Shown piece after piece: positions 37,529 to 46,440 of a stretch of DNA of 64,000 nucleotides. Both the position numbers and the translations under genes were made by a program. Source of the DNA: Trueperaceae bacterium (GTDB taxonomy: Bacteria > Deinococcota > Deinococci > Deinococcales > Trueperaceae); contig OZ243927.1 of the NCBI GenBank assembly GCA_965213925.1, forward strand, positions 928,001 to 992,000. The letters are read 5' to 3'. The notes beneath the pieces were generated by a model. The model did not search any database, was not told where the DNA came from, and saw nothing but the letters and a program-made list of their open reading frames with translations. How positions within the stretch are numbered: the stretch's first letter is position 1; each line of letters starts with the position of its first letter.

Positions 37529-39490
37529 ATGGCCGTAAGACAACCCCAAAGACCTATAGAATCTCCCGAAACCAAGGGGCTTTTGAAGCGCCCGGATTCG
37601 GACACGGGTATCGCCAGCTGGCTCACGACGGTAGACCACAAGCGTCTAGGGATTCTCTATTTCGTCACGACGTTCGGCTTCTTTCTATTGGGCAGCGTCG
37701 AAGCCTTTCTGATTCGCTTGCAGCTCGCCGCGCCGAATCAGCAGATTATCGGACCCGACTTGTACAACCAAATCTTCACCATGCACGGGCTCACCATGAT
37801 CTTCTTGGCGGTGATGCCACTAGGTACAGCGTTTGCCAACTACTTCGTGCCACTGATGATCGGCGCACGAGACTTAGCGTTCCCGCGCCTCAATGCGTTT
37901 GGCTACTGGGCGTATCTAGCGGGTGGGCTAATTTTGTACTCGAGCTTTCTCTTAGGCGGCGCACCCGACGCAGGCTGGTTCGCCTACGCGCCGATGACCC
38001 AAACAGCGTATACGCCGGGCACCGGCATCGACTTCTACCTCATGGGTCTACTCATCAGCGGTATCGGCACGCTCGTGACCGCCATGAACCTCATCGTGAC
38101 GATTCTCAACATGCGCGCCCCCGGCATGACCATGATGCGGATGCCGCTCTTCCCCTGGATGATGCTCGTGACCGCCTTTTTGGTCATCTTCGCCTTCCCG
38201 CCGCTGACCATCGCGCTCGTGCAGGTCTTCATGGACCGCAGTTTCGGCACGCTCTTTTTCAACCCCGAGGGTGGCGGGATGCCGATTTTGTGGCAGCACC
38301 TCTTCTGGGTTTTCGGACACCCGGAGGTCTACATCGTTATCTTGCCCGCGTTCGGCGTCATCAGTGAGGTCATCCCGACCTTCTCGCGCAAGCCGCTGTT
38401 CGGCTACCCGATGGTGGTTTTGGCGGGCATCTTCATCGGCTTCATGGGCTTCGCGGTGTGGAGCCACCATATGTTCACTACGGGGCTTGGCGCGGTGGCG
38501 GCGTCCGCCTTTGCGATTACGAGCTTCGTCATCGCGGTGCCCACCGGCATCAAAGTCTTCAACTGGATTGCGACGATGTGGCTCGGGCAGATTCGCTTTA
38601 CCACCGCGATGCTCTTTGCCATCGCTTTTATTTTCACCTTCACGCTGGGCGGCATCACGGGCATCATGGTCGCCGTGCCATCTTTCGACGCGCAGGCGCA
38701 AGACTCGTACTTCGTCGTGGCGCACTTCCACTACGTGATGGGGGGCGGGGCGCTCCTGTCCTTCTTCGCAGGGATTTACTACTGGTTCCCCAAGATGACC
38801 GGAAAGCTGCTTAGTGAGGGCATCGGCAAGTGGGTTTTTGGGCTCACCGTAGGTGGCTTTCACCTCGTGTTTTTCCCGCAGCACTTCTTAGGGCTCATGG
38901 GGATGCCACGTCGCATCCAGACCTACGACGCGGATTTGGGCTGGAACTTCTACAACCTCATCTCGACCTCTGGTGTGTTCATTCTCGGCGCGGGCGTCTT
39001 GCTGTTCCTCTACAGCCTCTTGCGTGACTACCGCTACGGCGAAGAAGCGGGCGACGACCCCTGGGACGCTCGGACGCTCGAGTGGAGCATCTCCTCCCCG
39101 CCCCCCCATTTCGACTTCGCCGAATTGCCCGTCGTGGAGGACCGCGACCCGGTATGGCTCGCCAAGCACCCAGAACTCCTGGAGAGCCGCGACGACGTTT
39201 CTGAAAGCGCCGATGAAGACGAAGCTGCAACGACGCTGCCCCCGAGCGACGAGGGCATCCACATCCCTGGGCAGTCCTGGTATCCCTTCATCATGTCCGT
39301 CGGGCTCTTTATCGGCGGCTTCGGCGCGATCTATCACAACTGGGTACTCGGCATCTTCAGCTTGCTCATCGTCACGCTCAGCACCTACGCCTGGGCGTTC
39401 GAGGGGCTCGGTGGTCATCACGTTCACCCCACCGAGAGCGACCTGCGCGACACGGGGATCAGTCGGCTGAGAGAGGACCACGCGCAATGA
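37529..39490 (+). CDS. coxA: Heme-copper oxidase subunit I, A1 type
   Basis: TMHG, WVFGHPEVY, WSHHM, AHFHY, GMPRR; two extra C-terminal helices. Confidence 0.96.
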   Translation: MAVRQPQRPIESPETKGLLKRPDSDTGIASWLTTVDHKRLGILYFVTTFGFFLLGSVEAFLIRLQLAAPNQQIIGPDLYNQIFTMHGLTMIFLAVMPLGTAFANYFVPLMIGARDLAFPRLNAFGYWAYLAGGLILYSSFLLGGAPDAGWFAYAPMTQTAYTPGTGIDFYLMGLLISGIGTLVTAMNLIVTILNMRAPGMTMMRMPLFPWMMLVTAFLVIFAFPPLTIALVQVFMDRSFGTLFFNPEGGGMPILWQHLFWVFGHPEVYIVILPAFGVISEVIPTFSRKPLFGYPMVVLAGIFIGFMGFAVWSHHMFTTGLGAVAASAFAITSFVIAVPTGIKVFNWIATMWLGQIRFTTAMLFAIAFIFTFTLGGITGIMVAVPSFDAQAQDSYFVVAHFHYVMGGGALLSFFAGIYYWFPKMTGKLLSEGIGKWVFGLTVGGFHLVFFPQHFLGLMGMPRRIQTYDADLGWNFYNLISTSGVFILGAGVLLFLYSLLRDYRYGEEAGDDPWDARTLEWSISSPPPHFDFAELPVVEDRDPVWLAKHPELLESRDDVSESADEDEAATTLPPSDEGIHIPGQSWYPFIMSVGLFIGGFGAIYHNWVLGIFSLLIVTLSTYAWAFEGLGGHHVHPTESDLRDTGISRLREDHAQ

Positions 39491-40101
39491 CCACCGCGCC
39501 GCAAACCTCTACCACCAACGTCGAACACGGCGAATACCGCAGCACCAAGCTCGCCGATCGCAAGCTCATGATGTGGATTTTCTTAGCCTCGGACTGCATG
39601 TTCTTCGGCGCGCTCATCGGCACCTACATCGTCTACAACGGGCGCAGTTTAGAGGGACCCTATCCGACGGATGTGTTCGACATTCCCTTGACAACGGTCA
39701 GCACCTTCGTCCTCTTGATGAGTTCGTTTTTGATGGTTTTGGCGCTGCACGCCCTGCGCGAAAACGACATCCCCAAGTTTCGACTTTGGACACTAGGTGT
39801 GTGCGTGTTCGGCTCCATCTTCTTGGGCTTTCAGGTTTACGAGTTTCGCCACTTCGTCCACGAGGGGTTGACGTTGCAGCAGAACCTCTTCGGCACGACC
39901 TTCTTCACGCTCACTGGCACGCACGGGATTCACGTTACGATCGGGGTGCTCTGGCTCCTGTCCATCCTCGTCGCGTCGTATATCCGCCCTGTCAGCAGCA
40001 AGGACGCGCTCAGCTTGGAGATTGCGGGGCTATACTGGCACTTCGTTGACATCGTCTGGATCGTTATCTTTACGGTGGTTTACCTGATCGAGTTTCTCTA
40101 A
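39487..40101 (+). CDS. coxC: Cytochrome c oxidase subunit III
   Basis: MWIFLASD, LTGTHGIHV, LYWHFVDIVW. Confidence 0.93.
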   Translation: MTTAPQTSTTNVEHGEYRSTKLADRKLMMWIFLASDCMFFGALIGTYIVYNGRSLEGPYPTDVFDIPLTTVSTFVLLMSSFLMVLALHALRENDIPKFRLWTLGVCVFGSIFLGFQVYEFRHFVHEGLTLQQNLFGTTFFTLTGTHGIHVTIGVLWLLSILVASYIRPVSSKDALSLEIAGLYWHFVDIVWIVIFTVVYLIEFL

Positions 40102-40240
40102 GTTGTCCCGAGTTGACGTTGCGAAGGATTAGAGCGAAAGGCTAGAGATTGAATAGCTTCGTCAACTCGTTTGGACTAAAATACCCGATTAAAATAGAAG
40201 TAAAATTTCCTACTCTTCCACACGCTTGAAAGGTTTCTAA

Positions 40241-41986
40241 GTGAGTCAAGAACCCAATAGTCATGAAGGGCATGAGGGCGGCTCGAGCGTCCGCACCTAC
40301 GTCATCATCGCGCTTATCTTAGCGGCGATTACCTACGCCGAATTCGCGCTCATCGAGTACGACTTTGCCTTCCTAGACCGCACCACCACCCTCGTGAGTT
40401 TAGTCGTGCTTTCAGTGATTAAGTTCGTCCTGGTGGTAATGTTTTTCATGCACCTAAAGGACGACGACAACATTTTTACAGGGTTTTTCAGTTCCGGCAT
40501 GGTCATCGCCGTAGGGACGCTCGTGGCGCTCTCCTTGCTCTTTACCGTGCGGAGCCTCTCGTACGCGCAGACGCCGCAAGAGGAGCAAGCCGAACTCGTG
40601 CAGGCCATCGGCGACGGCGAGCACGTCTACCAAGAGAACTGCATTAGCTGTCACCAGGCAAACGGGCACGGCGTCGTGGGCGCGATCCCGCCCCACATCG
40701 GTCACACGCCCTATCTCGCACAAGCGACGGGCGAAGGTGAACTTGGCGGGCGCGAGTACATGATCAACGTCATATTGCACGGCTTAGAAGGTCAGATCGT
40801 CGCGCGGGGAGAGCAGTACGACGGCATCATGCCGCCCTACGACCACTTGAGCGACGAAGAGATTTCAGAAGTTTTGAACTACAGCGTCAACGCTTGGGGC
40901 AACCAGACGATTTTGCCGGATAACTTCCAGTTCTTCACCCCTGAAGAGGTCGCCGAGGTGCGTAATGCGAACAGCGAACTCAGCTCCTTTGATATTTATA
41001 AACTGCGCAGTGCACTCACCGTCCCCGAAGGACCGGAACCGTTGACCAGGGCAAGAGACCTCGCCACCTATTTCAACACGCCGCCGCCCAAAACGCTCGA
41101 CGTGCGCCAAATCAACATTGACCCCGGTAGCTACCTCGACTACACGAGGGAGTCTGAGTCGGAGATGGCGGACGAGGACAGCAGCGGCGAAGGTCCAGAT
41201 GACGTGATGGGCGAAATAAGTGATGACGTGGGTAGCCCCGAGACGGATACGGTTCAAGGTATCCGCGACGAAGATCAAGACACGCTCTATGAAGGCGAAA
41301 CTGGCACGGGTGAGGTTGTAGATGGCGCGGCGCTCAATAATCCGCCAGAGTTGCCCGCCGAAACTGTTGCGCCTAACATCTTGTTGGAGCCCGCCCAAAA
41401 CAACACCAGCATCAACTTGGAGAGTCCCTTCGCTGCTGACGGTAGCCTTAGACAAGGAGACCAACAGAACCAGCAGAATCAACAGCAACCGCAGCAGCAA
41501 AACCAGCAACAGGATCAGCCGCAAGGGAGTCAAGATGCACAGCAAGGTGGCGGGCAAGAGGCGCAAGCCGCGCAAACCTCATTTGACTGGCAGCAACTCG
41601 GTGAGCAAGCCTATTCGAACTGCACGAGTTGTCACCAAGCTAACGGTGAAGGTATCGCGGGTGCGTTCCCACCGCTTGCCGGACACTTGCCTTCGGTCTA
41701 CAACGTGGACGGTGGTCGCGAATACATCATCAACGTGCTCCTCTACGGTTTACAGGGCGAAATTCAGATTGACGGACAGAGCTACAATGGCGTGATGACC
41801 GCCTGGGGGCAACTCAGCAACGAGGAGATCGCCGCTGTAATTAATCACGAGCTAACCTCTTGGGGCAACGAGTCGGCGCTACAGAACTTTCAGCCGCTCC
41901 AGCCGGACGAAGTCGAGGCGCTGCGCGGACAGGGCCTAAGTGCAACGGACGTTTACGAGATTCGCCAAGGGTTAAACCTTCAGTAA
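40241..41986 (+). CDS. Oxidase subunit IV fused to two c552-like cytochrome c domains
   Basis: Three TM helices with KFVLVVMFFMHLK; CISCH and CTSCH domains each with GREY..V.L.GL.G.I and an axial Met; acidic and Gln-rich linker. Confidence 0.85.
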   Translation: MSQEPNSHEGHEGGSSVRTYVIIALILAAITYAEFALIEYDFAFLDRTTTLVSLVVLSVIKFVLVVMFFMHLKDDDNIFTGFFSSGMVIAVGTLVALSLLFTVRSLSYAQTPQEEQAELVQAIGDGEHVYQENCISCHQANGHGVVGAIPPHIGHTPYLAQATGEGELGGREYMINVILHGLEGQIVARGEQYDGIMPPYDHLSDEEISEVLNYSVNAWGNQTILPDNFQFFTPEEVAEVRNANSELSSFDIYKLRSALTVPEGPEPLTRARDLATYFNTPPPKTLDVRQINIDPGSYLDYTRESESEMADEDSSGEGPDDVMGEISDDVGSPETDTVQGIRDEDQDTLYEGETGTGEVVDGAALNNPPELPAETVAPNILLEPAQNNTSINLESPFAADGSLRQGDQQNQQNQQQPQQQNQQQDQPQGSQDAQQGGGQEAQAAQTSFDWQQLGEQAYSNCTSCHQANGEGIAGAFPPLAGHLPSVYNVDGGREYIINVLLYGLQGEIQIDGQSYNGVMTAWGQLSNEEIAAVINHELTSWGNESALQNFQPLQPDEVEALRGQGLSATDVYEIRQGLNLQ

Positions 41987-41987
41987 C

Positions 41988-42782
41988 ATGCCCTGGCTGC
42001 TCGACCCGGCGCTGCTCGGTACGCTACTGACCGCGGGACTGTTGTACGGTCTCGCGGTGGGTCCGCTACGTCCGCGCCTAGCGCCGGGAGCGGACTTTCC
42101 CAAAAAGCAAGCCGCGCTCTTCTACAGCGCGCTCATCCTCATCTATCTCGCGGAGGGCTCGCCGCTGCACACGCTCGCTGAGTCGTACCTCTTTAGCGCC
42201 CACATGTTTCAGCACCTCTTGCTGAGCTACCTCGTCCCGCCGCTCCTCATCTGGGGCACGCCGGACTGGTTGCTCAGGCACCTCTTGCTGAACCGATGGG
42301 TCAGACCCACCGCCGAGTTCTTCACGCAACCTATCGTCGCCTTCGTGACGTTCAGCCTCTTCTTCTCGCTCTGGCACCTGCCGCCCTTTTACGAAGGGGC
42401 GCTGCAAAACGCGGGGTTACACCACCTCGAGCACATCCTCTTCCTGCTCTCCTCCATCCTCTTGTGGTGGCCCCTCATGAGCCCTTTGAAAGAACTTCCG
42501 CGCCTCCCCTACGGCGGGCAACTCGTCTACCTCTTCGTCTTGCCGATTGCGCAGGTCTTAGCGTTCGGCGCAATCACCTTTGCCGACTCGGTGCTCTACC
42601 CGACCTACGCCGCCGCGCCGAGGATTTGGATAGACCCGCTCGCCGACCAGGCTTTAGGTGGCGCGGTGATGAAGGTCAGTAGCTTGTTTGCCTTTGGCAT
42701 TCCCTTTGTTGTTATTTTCTTCCGCTGGTATCAGGCGGAGAATGCTCCGGCGCAGCGCAGGAGACCGCGCAAAGTTTCCTAG
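41988..42782 (+). CDS. ctaG: caa3 assembly factor (Caa3_CtaG family)
   Basis: LFSAHMFQHLLL, WHLP, HHLEH, DQALGG. Confidence 0.9.
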   Translation: MPWLLDPALLGTLLTAGLLYGLAVGPLRPRLAPGADFPKKQAALFYSALILIYLAEGSPLHTLAESYLFSAHMFQHLLLSYLVPPLLIWGTPDWLLRHLLLNRWVRPTAEFFTQPIVAFVTFSLFFSLWHLPPFYEGALQNAGLHHLEHILFLLSSILLWWPLMSPLKELPRLPYGGQLVYLFVLPIAQVLAFGAITFADSVLYPTYAAAPRIWIDPLADQALGGAVMKVSSLFAFGIPFVVIFFRWYQAENAPAQRRRPRKVS

Positions 42783-42786
42783 TTTA

Positions 42787-42900
42787 GTAGTGGTTCTGTT
42801 TGGAATGGCGCTGATGTCAAAGCAAGGGGTTTCAACCCCTTGTTCATCATATGGAGACGGCAGAAGGAGCACACGGCGACATTCGACTTAGAACCACTAC
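42787..42900. repeat. Inverted-repeat-bounded element containing a REP-like palindrome
   Basis: GTAGTGGTTCT...AGAACCACTAC ends; internal GCAAGGGGTTtcAACCCCTTGTTC (42822-42845), repeated inverted at 52445-52468. Confidence 0.65.
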
Positions 42901-42969
42901 CCTAGTTTTTCCCATTTCGGCTGCGTCCTATGATTCACACAGTCTCACTCCGTACGTTATCCTCTCCTT

Positions 42970-43602
42970 ATGTCAACTCAACCCACCATCACCGCCATCG
43001 CCTTTGACTGGGGCGGTATCTTTACGCAAGGCACCTTCGACAGCAGCGCCGTCACGAACTTCGCTAAAGTCACCGGAACGTCCGAGGAGAGAATCGCCGA
43101 GACCTACTACCCCTTGATGGAGCACTTCGAAGTAGGCGCGTTCGACTTCCCTGAGTTTCACAAGAGGTTTAGAGAGGGCACCGCGCTGGCGATTGACGAG
43201 AACACCTTTCGTGAAACCTTCTTGGGCTCAGTGCGCGAACGCTCCGCGATGTTCGACGTGTTGAACGCTATCCCGCAGGACTACACCGTCGGGATGCTCT
43301 CCAACAACGTCCCCGTCCTTTGCGACACCGTGCGTGATGATCCGCGCATGAATCGCTTCCAACACTTCGTCTTCTCCAACGAAATCGGTGTGAGGAAGCC
43401 TGACGCTAGAGCGTTCACCAAGTTGACTGAAGCGTTGGAGCACCAACCTGAGCAAACGGTTTTTATCGACGATAACGAAGACAACATCGCGGCGTGTAAT
43501 GACTTAGGCTATCAGGGCATCCTGCTCGACAGCTTTGAAGGATTTTTAGAGCGGTTTAGAGAACGCTTGCCCGATATTTCGCTACCTGACTCCGTAAAGT
43601 GA
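42970..43602 (+). CDS. HAD superfamily phosphatase
   Basis: FDWGG, LSNN, RKPD, FIDD. Confidence 0.9.
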   Translation: MSTQPTITAIAFDWGGIFTQGTFDSSAVTNFAKVTGTSEERIAETYYPLMEHFEVGAFDFPEFHKRFREGTALAIDENTFRETFLGSVRERSAMFDVLNAIPQDYTVGMLSNNVPVLCDTVRDDPRMNRFQHFVFSNEIGVRKPDARAFTKLTEALEHQPEQTVFIDDNEDNIAACNDLGYQGILLDSFEGFLERFRERLPDISLPDSVK

Positions 43603-43928
43603 GCGAAGAGGAACGCGCGGTTAAGCTCTTGCAGGGGTACATCTGGTATCCCAAAAGCGAAGAGGTTGAACTGGGCGACTACCTCCCTGAGCGCTTAGGC
43701 GACGTGCACCTCTTGTGGGACGAGGTGCGCCCGCCCTTCACCTTCTTTGACAACGGAACGCTCGCCGCGACGCAGCATATCTTTCAGTTCACGGTATTGA
43801 AGCAGATCGAGGGGGATGAAGACCCACAGCGGCTCGTACCTTGGCTCGCGGAGACGCTTCAGGAGAAGCTCAGCGCGACGCCGCCGTCGGTGGGGTGGCA
43901 GATATTTGAGGACTTGCGGGAGGTGTGA
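43599..43928 (+). CDS. DUF3208-like protein
   Basis: LLQGYIWYP, PPFTFFDNG, GWQIFEDLR. Confidence 0.65.
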   Translation: MSEEERAVKLLQGYIWYPKSEEVELGDYLPERLGDVHLLWDEVRPPFTFFDNGTLAATQHIFQFTVLKQIEGDEDPQRLVPWLAETLQEKLSATPPSVGWQIFEDLREV

Positions 43929-43969
43929 GAGCGATGTGCTACTGACGTATGGGTGCTCGAGACCCAAAC

Positions 43970-44419
43970 TCAGCGACCAAACACCACCACCCGCGATACC
44001 CTAGCGTTCTCTTTGAGGCTGCAGCCGCTTTCTGCAACGTTTAGAAGCGTCTCGAGCCCCGTCTCACCTACGGCGCTGAACGCTCCATGTGACGCGCCCG
44101 CTTGGAGCAAGCGTGGGTGGGGCGTAACGAGCGCTAATTCGCCCTCCTCCAGAGTCAAGCGCTCGTTATAGCGTATCAGATAAGTCCCCGCGTTCAGATG
44201 CCACCAGCCGTAATCGTCCTCGGGGTCGGCTTTCTCCGGCGATAGCGCGTCGCTCTTCGCCGCCTCGAATTCGCTGCCGCCAAAGTCGAGCTTGCCGCCA
44301 CCTGTTAAGCGGTGCACCTCGGCGACGCTTAGGTCGATACCGAGCGAAAAGCCCTGAGTGTCTAGGTGCAAGAGCCCCTCTAGTTTCGCGGCGACTTGGT
44401 CTTTGCTATGTATGGTCAT
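43970..44419 (-). CDS. Short dCTP deaminase/dUTPase-like protein
   Basis: GIDLSV, GKLDFGGSE, YGWWHLNAGTYLIRYNE. Confidence 0.7.
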   Translation of the reverse strand: MTIHSKDQVAAKLEGLLHLDTQGFSLGIDLSVAEVHRLTGGGKLDFGGSEFEAAKSDALSPEKADPEDDYGWWHLNAGTYLIRYNERLTLEEGELALVTPHPRLLQAGASHGAFSAVGETGLETLLNVAESGCSLKENARVSRVVVFGR

Positions 44420-44551
44420 CACTCCTCCTGTCTCCTGATGTAATACCAAAAGTATAGTCATATTTTGACAGCTACTAGCAACTTCCAAATCTTTATGATG
44501 GAAAGAAGGGCCCCGGTGTTTTCATAAAGTATTTTTCTTCCCTTAACTCGT

Positions 44552-46117
44552 TTAGAGCGGGATATTTCCGTGCTTCTTAAAGGGACGCTCTTCCACTTTG
44601 CCTTCTAACATCCGCAAGTGCCGCACAAGTTGTTGGCGCGTATCCTTGGGGTCGATGACATCGTCGATGTAGCCGCGCCCTGCCGCCCAGTACGGGTTAT
44701 CAAAGCGCTTTTTGTATTCGTCAATGCGGGCGGCTCTAGTGGCTTCGGGCTGCTTCGAGCCTGTAATCTCGCGGCGGTAGATGATGTTCGCCGCGCCTTC
44801 TGCGCCCATTACGGCGACCGCAGAGGTGGGCCAAGCGAGTACCACGTCCGCGCCCATGTCCCTGGAGTTCATCGCCAAGTACGCGCCGCCGTAGCTCTTA
44901 CGTACGATGAGCGTGATTTTGGGAACCGTCGCCTCGGCGTAGGCGTAGAGCATCTTCGCGCCGTGCCGGATGATGCCCGCATGCTCTTGGGCGACGCCCG
45001 GCAGAAAGCCCGTCACGTCTACAAAGGTCAGAATCGGGACGTTGAAGCAGTCACAGGTGCGGATAAAGCGACTCGCTTTGTCCGAGGCGTCGATATTCAA
45101 AGTCCCTGCCATATGACGTGGATTATTCGCCACGATGCCCACCGACTGCCCGCCGAGCCGCGCGAAGCCGCAGACGATATTCTTGGCAAATTCGGGCTGC
45201 ACCTCCAGAAAGTGTTTGTCGTCTACGACCGCCTTGATCACTTCCGTCATCGGGTAGGGACGGCGCTGATCGGGGTGGACGATGGACAAGACTTCGGGCG
45301 TCTCGCGCCCTATGGGGTCGTCGGTGTGCTGGAGCGGCACACGTTCCTTAGCGGACTGCGGCAAAAACGAGAGGAGGTCGCGAATCGTCGCTAGCACGCC
45401 CTCGTCGTCCGCCGCTTCGAAATGCGCCACGCCCGACTTGCGGTTGTGCACGTCCGCGCCGCCTAAGCCCTCGAAGGTGACGTTCTCTTTCGTGACGGAT
45501 TTAATCACTTCCGGTCCGGTGATAAACATGTACGACGAGCCCTTTGCCATCAGCACGAAGTCGGTCAGCGCAGGGCTGTAGACCGCGCCGCCCGCGCACG
45601 GTCCTAGAATCGCGCTAATCTGCGGCACGACGCCCGAATAGATGGCGTTGCGGTAGAAAACCTCGCCGTAACCCGAGAGGGAGTCTACCCCTTCTTGAAT
45701 TCGCGCGCCCGCTGAATCGTTGAGCCCGACGATCGGCGCACCCGTTTTTACCGCCAAATCCATGACTTTCGCGATCTTCTGCGCGTGCATCTTGCCCAAT
45801 GAGCCGCCTAAGACCGTAAAATCTTGACTGAAGACGAACACGGTGCGCCCGTCCACCTTGCCGTAGCCCGTCACGACGCCCTCGCCGGGCGCGTCTATAT
45901 CTCTCATAATCTCACCGCCCAAGTGCTCGACGAAGACGCCTAGTTCGACGAAGGTGTCTTTATCTAAAAGCGTGTGAATGCGCTCCCTAGCGGTCAGCTT
46001 GCCCTGCTCATGCTGTTTCTCGATGCGCTTCTCGCCGCCGCCCCGCTCCACGCGCTTGCGGCGCTCTTCCATCTCGGCGGTCAGTTCGTTCATCCAGGCT
46101 AAGGTATCGTCAGACAT
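44552..46117 (-). CDS. pccB: Acyl-CoA carboxylase beta subunit
   Basis: QDFTVLGGSLG, GARIQEG, GPCAGGAVY, VDVTGFLPG, KKHGNIPL. Confidence 0.92.
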   Translation of the reverse strand: MSDDTLAWMNELTAEMEERRKRVERGGGEKRIEKQHEQGKLTARERIHTLLDKDTFVELGVFVEHLGGEIMRDIDAPGEGVVTGYGKVDGRTVFVFSQDFTVLGGSLGKMHAQKIAKVMDLAVKTGAPIVGLNDSAGARIQEGVDSLSGYGEVFYRNAIYSGVVPQISAILGPCAGGAVYSPALTDFVLMAKGSSYMFITGPEVIKSVTKENVTFEGLGGADVHNRKSGVAHFEAADDEGVLATIRDLLSFLPQSAKERVPLQHTDDPIGRETPEVLSIVHPDQRRPYPMTEVIKAVVDDKHFLEVQPEFAKNIVCGFARLGGQSVGIVANNPRHMAGTLNIDASDKASRFIRTCDCFNVPILTFVDVTGFLPGVAQEHAGIIRHGAKMLYAYAEATVPKITLIVRKSYGGAYLAMNSRDMGADVVLAWPTSAVAVMGAEGAANIIYRREITGSKQPEATRAARIDEYKKRFDNPYWAAGRGYIDDVIDPKDTRQQLVRHLRMLEGKVEERPFKKHGNIPL

Positions 46118-46440
46118 AGGTCTCCCTGGCAGGTATCATTTAGTCGCAATACTCTCGGTGGATAAAGCTGTCCTCTTGGCCCACGTTATTGATGATATCT
46201 GCGGCAATTTGTTTAGGTATGGTTTGAAGCGACGGTTCGTAAAGGTTCTCCACGCTGCCTAACCATACCTGGCCGGGCGGCGGCGCGTGGGCATTGTCCG
46301 AGCGACTCAGGTTCGAGCCCGAGTGTTTCACTTTATTTCCAGCGCTCAGTTTGTTAAGTTCTCCACAGCGCAACCTCGCTACCCCGAGTTTTCGCACCAC
46401 CCCCTTTTCTTCCCCTGACGCAATATGTTTATAGTGACGC

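Noticed and set aside
41460..41530. CAG/CAA-rich tract as a contingency locus
   Set aside because: Imperfect in-frame Gln-rich linker with mixed codons; no frameshift potential.
44618..45394. 258-aa plus-strand ORF
   Set aside because: Antisense shadow of pccB.
46128..46139. GCAGGTATCAT match to repeat family A
   Set aside because: Only about 11 nt match and no other part of the element is present.
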